Shown one piece after another: positions 63,801 to 64,000 of a stretch of 64,000 nucleotides of DNA. The number at the start of each line of letters is the position of its first letter. The stretch's first letter is position 1. The stretch lies in the NCBI GenBank assembly GCA_041484665.1, contig JBGPIA010000006.1, positions 64,001-128,000 on the forward strand. The letters run 5' to 3'. Source of the stretch: Candidatus Krumholzibacteriia bacterium. GTDB lineage: Bacteria > Krumholzibacteriota > Krumholzibacteriia > JAJRXK01. The translations under genes were made by a program, and so were the position numbers. The notes beneath the pieces are model-generated. The model had not been told where the DNA came from and searched no databases. It was given only the letters and a program-made list of their open reading frames with translations.

Positions 63801-64000
63801 CCGCCCACTGAGGAGCTCCGGCTGGTCTCCGACCCCGTGACGCTTCATTCGTCTATCGACAACATCGTGCCGTGGGTGCCGTTCGACGTCTACGCGGTGG
63901 CGGTGCATCCGTCCGCGCCCACCGCGGCGTTCGGCCTGCGCGTGGAGTGGCCACCCTGCTTCGTGCTTGAATCGGTGGACCTCCCGCATGGCGGCCTCAA
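60867..64000 (+). CDS. Large secreted protein with about 10 tandem Ig-like beta-sandwich repeats (partial, runs off window)
   Basis: GGAGGT RBS; signal peptide MTWTLRARSGRRVWHALLALLGALLLLALA; repeats of the form PxIxxFxA..ATLxW..TYTLTAxN; open frame to the end of the window. Confidence 0.85.
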   Translation, partial: MTWTLRARSGRRVWHALLALLGALLLLALASTRTRAGLSPIQDALAIVLDPATGQHVGQAAPNVPFNVYVVADSLGGTEMSACQLGVEIDPRFYIVSKTFHPQVVFVDEYVPGDFYLGFGRPLGNWQQPKILITLSLMLKSEYAGANDLRVSLRPHTTGQPLRWAWFPGTSFWYDFVDAGGAVLNPSGPQITTFAAGPRWLVEARPLLLEWGTYNASTVLLDGQAVDAQGSLRLTPAASTTYTLQVDPGGAALERSVSVEVVRQPRILEFSANPPHPAIGDTVQIQWEVRGADEVRLQPGNVTVGPISALQQVLVSPTQFVLAAQNEWGQSIEVLEFGFSGLPVIEELRAEPVPVDRNAPATLTWRVTNAVDVRIEPGLVSVPAYGQVQVPTDHTVTYTMTASNAEGTVDREVELTVIPVRIAAFIAASPRVFPGAAAHLVYDLRNATSAWIEPGGLPITPPEGTIRVVPPADSTLYVLHATDGETEVRAQQLVRWKPPTITQFTWSPSTWYGVSGVPYGGEAEFYWNIDGATSVRLDPGIGQVSTTTGRQTVRVIASVTYTLTASNAQGTATESRTVAPSKPVVRLSLPGGAPNWGAQYSLAASADNVTGVRLTPRPPSPIIVGGPLWSATITARADSVTTWRLVGTTPVDSASVTLTVTPAGGPVTTLTTVPAWIPEGGSSVLSWSAALADSVLIEPLHLRSRSLTGQVTVSPLGSTTYTLRVYFRDIVIANTATVTVQRPMVSLTAVPASPLEGALYRLEVRIAWAAGARLDPTPGVIQPRNWDINERADVTTTWRLAAWSAGDTARTTLTVVPMIAPPTIKRWAASPSVIAPGDSATLSWDVAPCDSIRIKPINVHSTAKTGTARVAPNQTTVYTLFAYRGPYTVQAQTTVAISLPAIQVFRADPATIHRGESATLRWTVVPPQAQVVLVDHGTVAATDSLRVTPFNTTDYILRATYLAMQVQRGVHVEVTEPGPPTEELRLVSDPVTLHSSIDNIVPWVPFDVYAVAVHPSAPTAAFGLRVEWPPCFVLESVDLPHGGL

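Overview
High-GC (roughly 70% by eye) bacterial chromosomal segment from a diderm organism: TonB receptor, outer-membrane barrels, lipoproteins. The gene content resembles FCB-related candidate phyla such as Ca. Eisenbacteria/Krumholzibacteria (inference only). It holds about 43 protein genes, one tRNA and one decayed kinase; I saw no transposase, integrase, phage, rRNA or CRISPR signal. Main points: (1) a tRNA-His(GUG) lacking the near-universal G-1:C73 pair (U-1, G1:U72, A73), directly upstream of an alphaproteobacterial-type HisRS, i.e. a co-located non-canonical tRNA/synthetase pair; (2) an ECF sigma factor fused to its own zf-HC2 anti-sigma, a TM helix and TPRs, divergent from a membrane-anchored TPR-CHAT caspase-like protease, an unknown protein and a Glu-His-Ser subtilase, a candidate proteolytic signalling system; (3) an acpS-acetate ligase-ACP-kbl-acylating aldehyde dehydrogenase operon suggesting ACP-bound acetyl chemistry; (4) a TonB receptor/YfiR locus with matching sigma28-like promoters whose kinase is a deleted, frameshifted relic; (5) many short tandem repeats in linkers and intergenic DNA; (6) a >1000-aa Ig-repeat secreted protein missing from the ORF track. 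All calls come from motif recognition by eye; no database searches were run.
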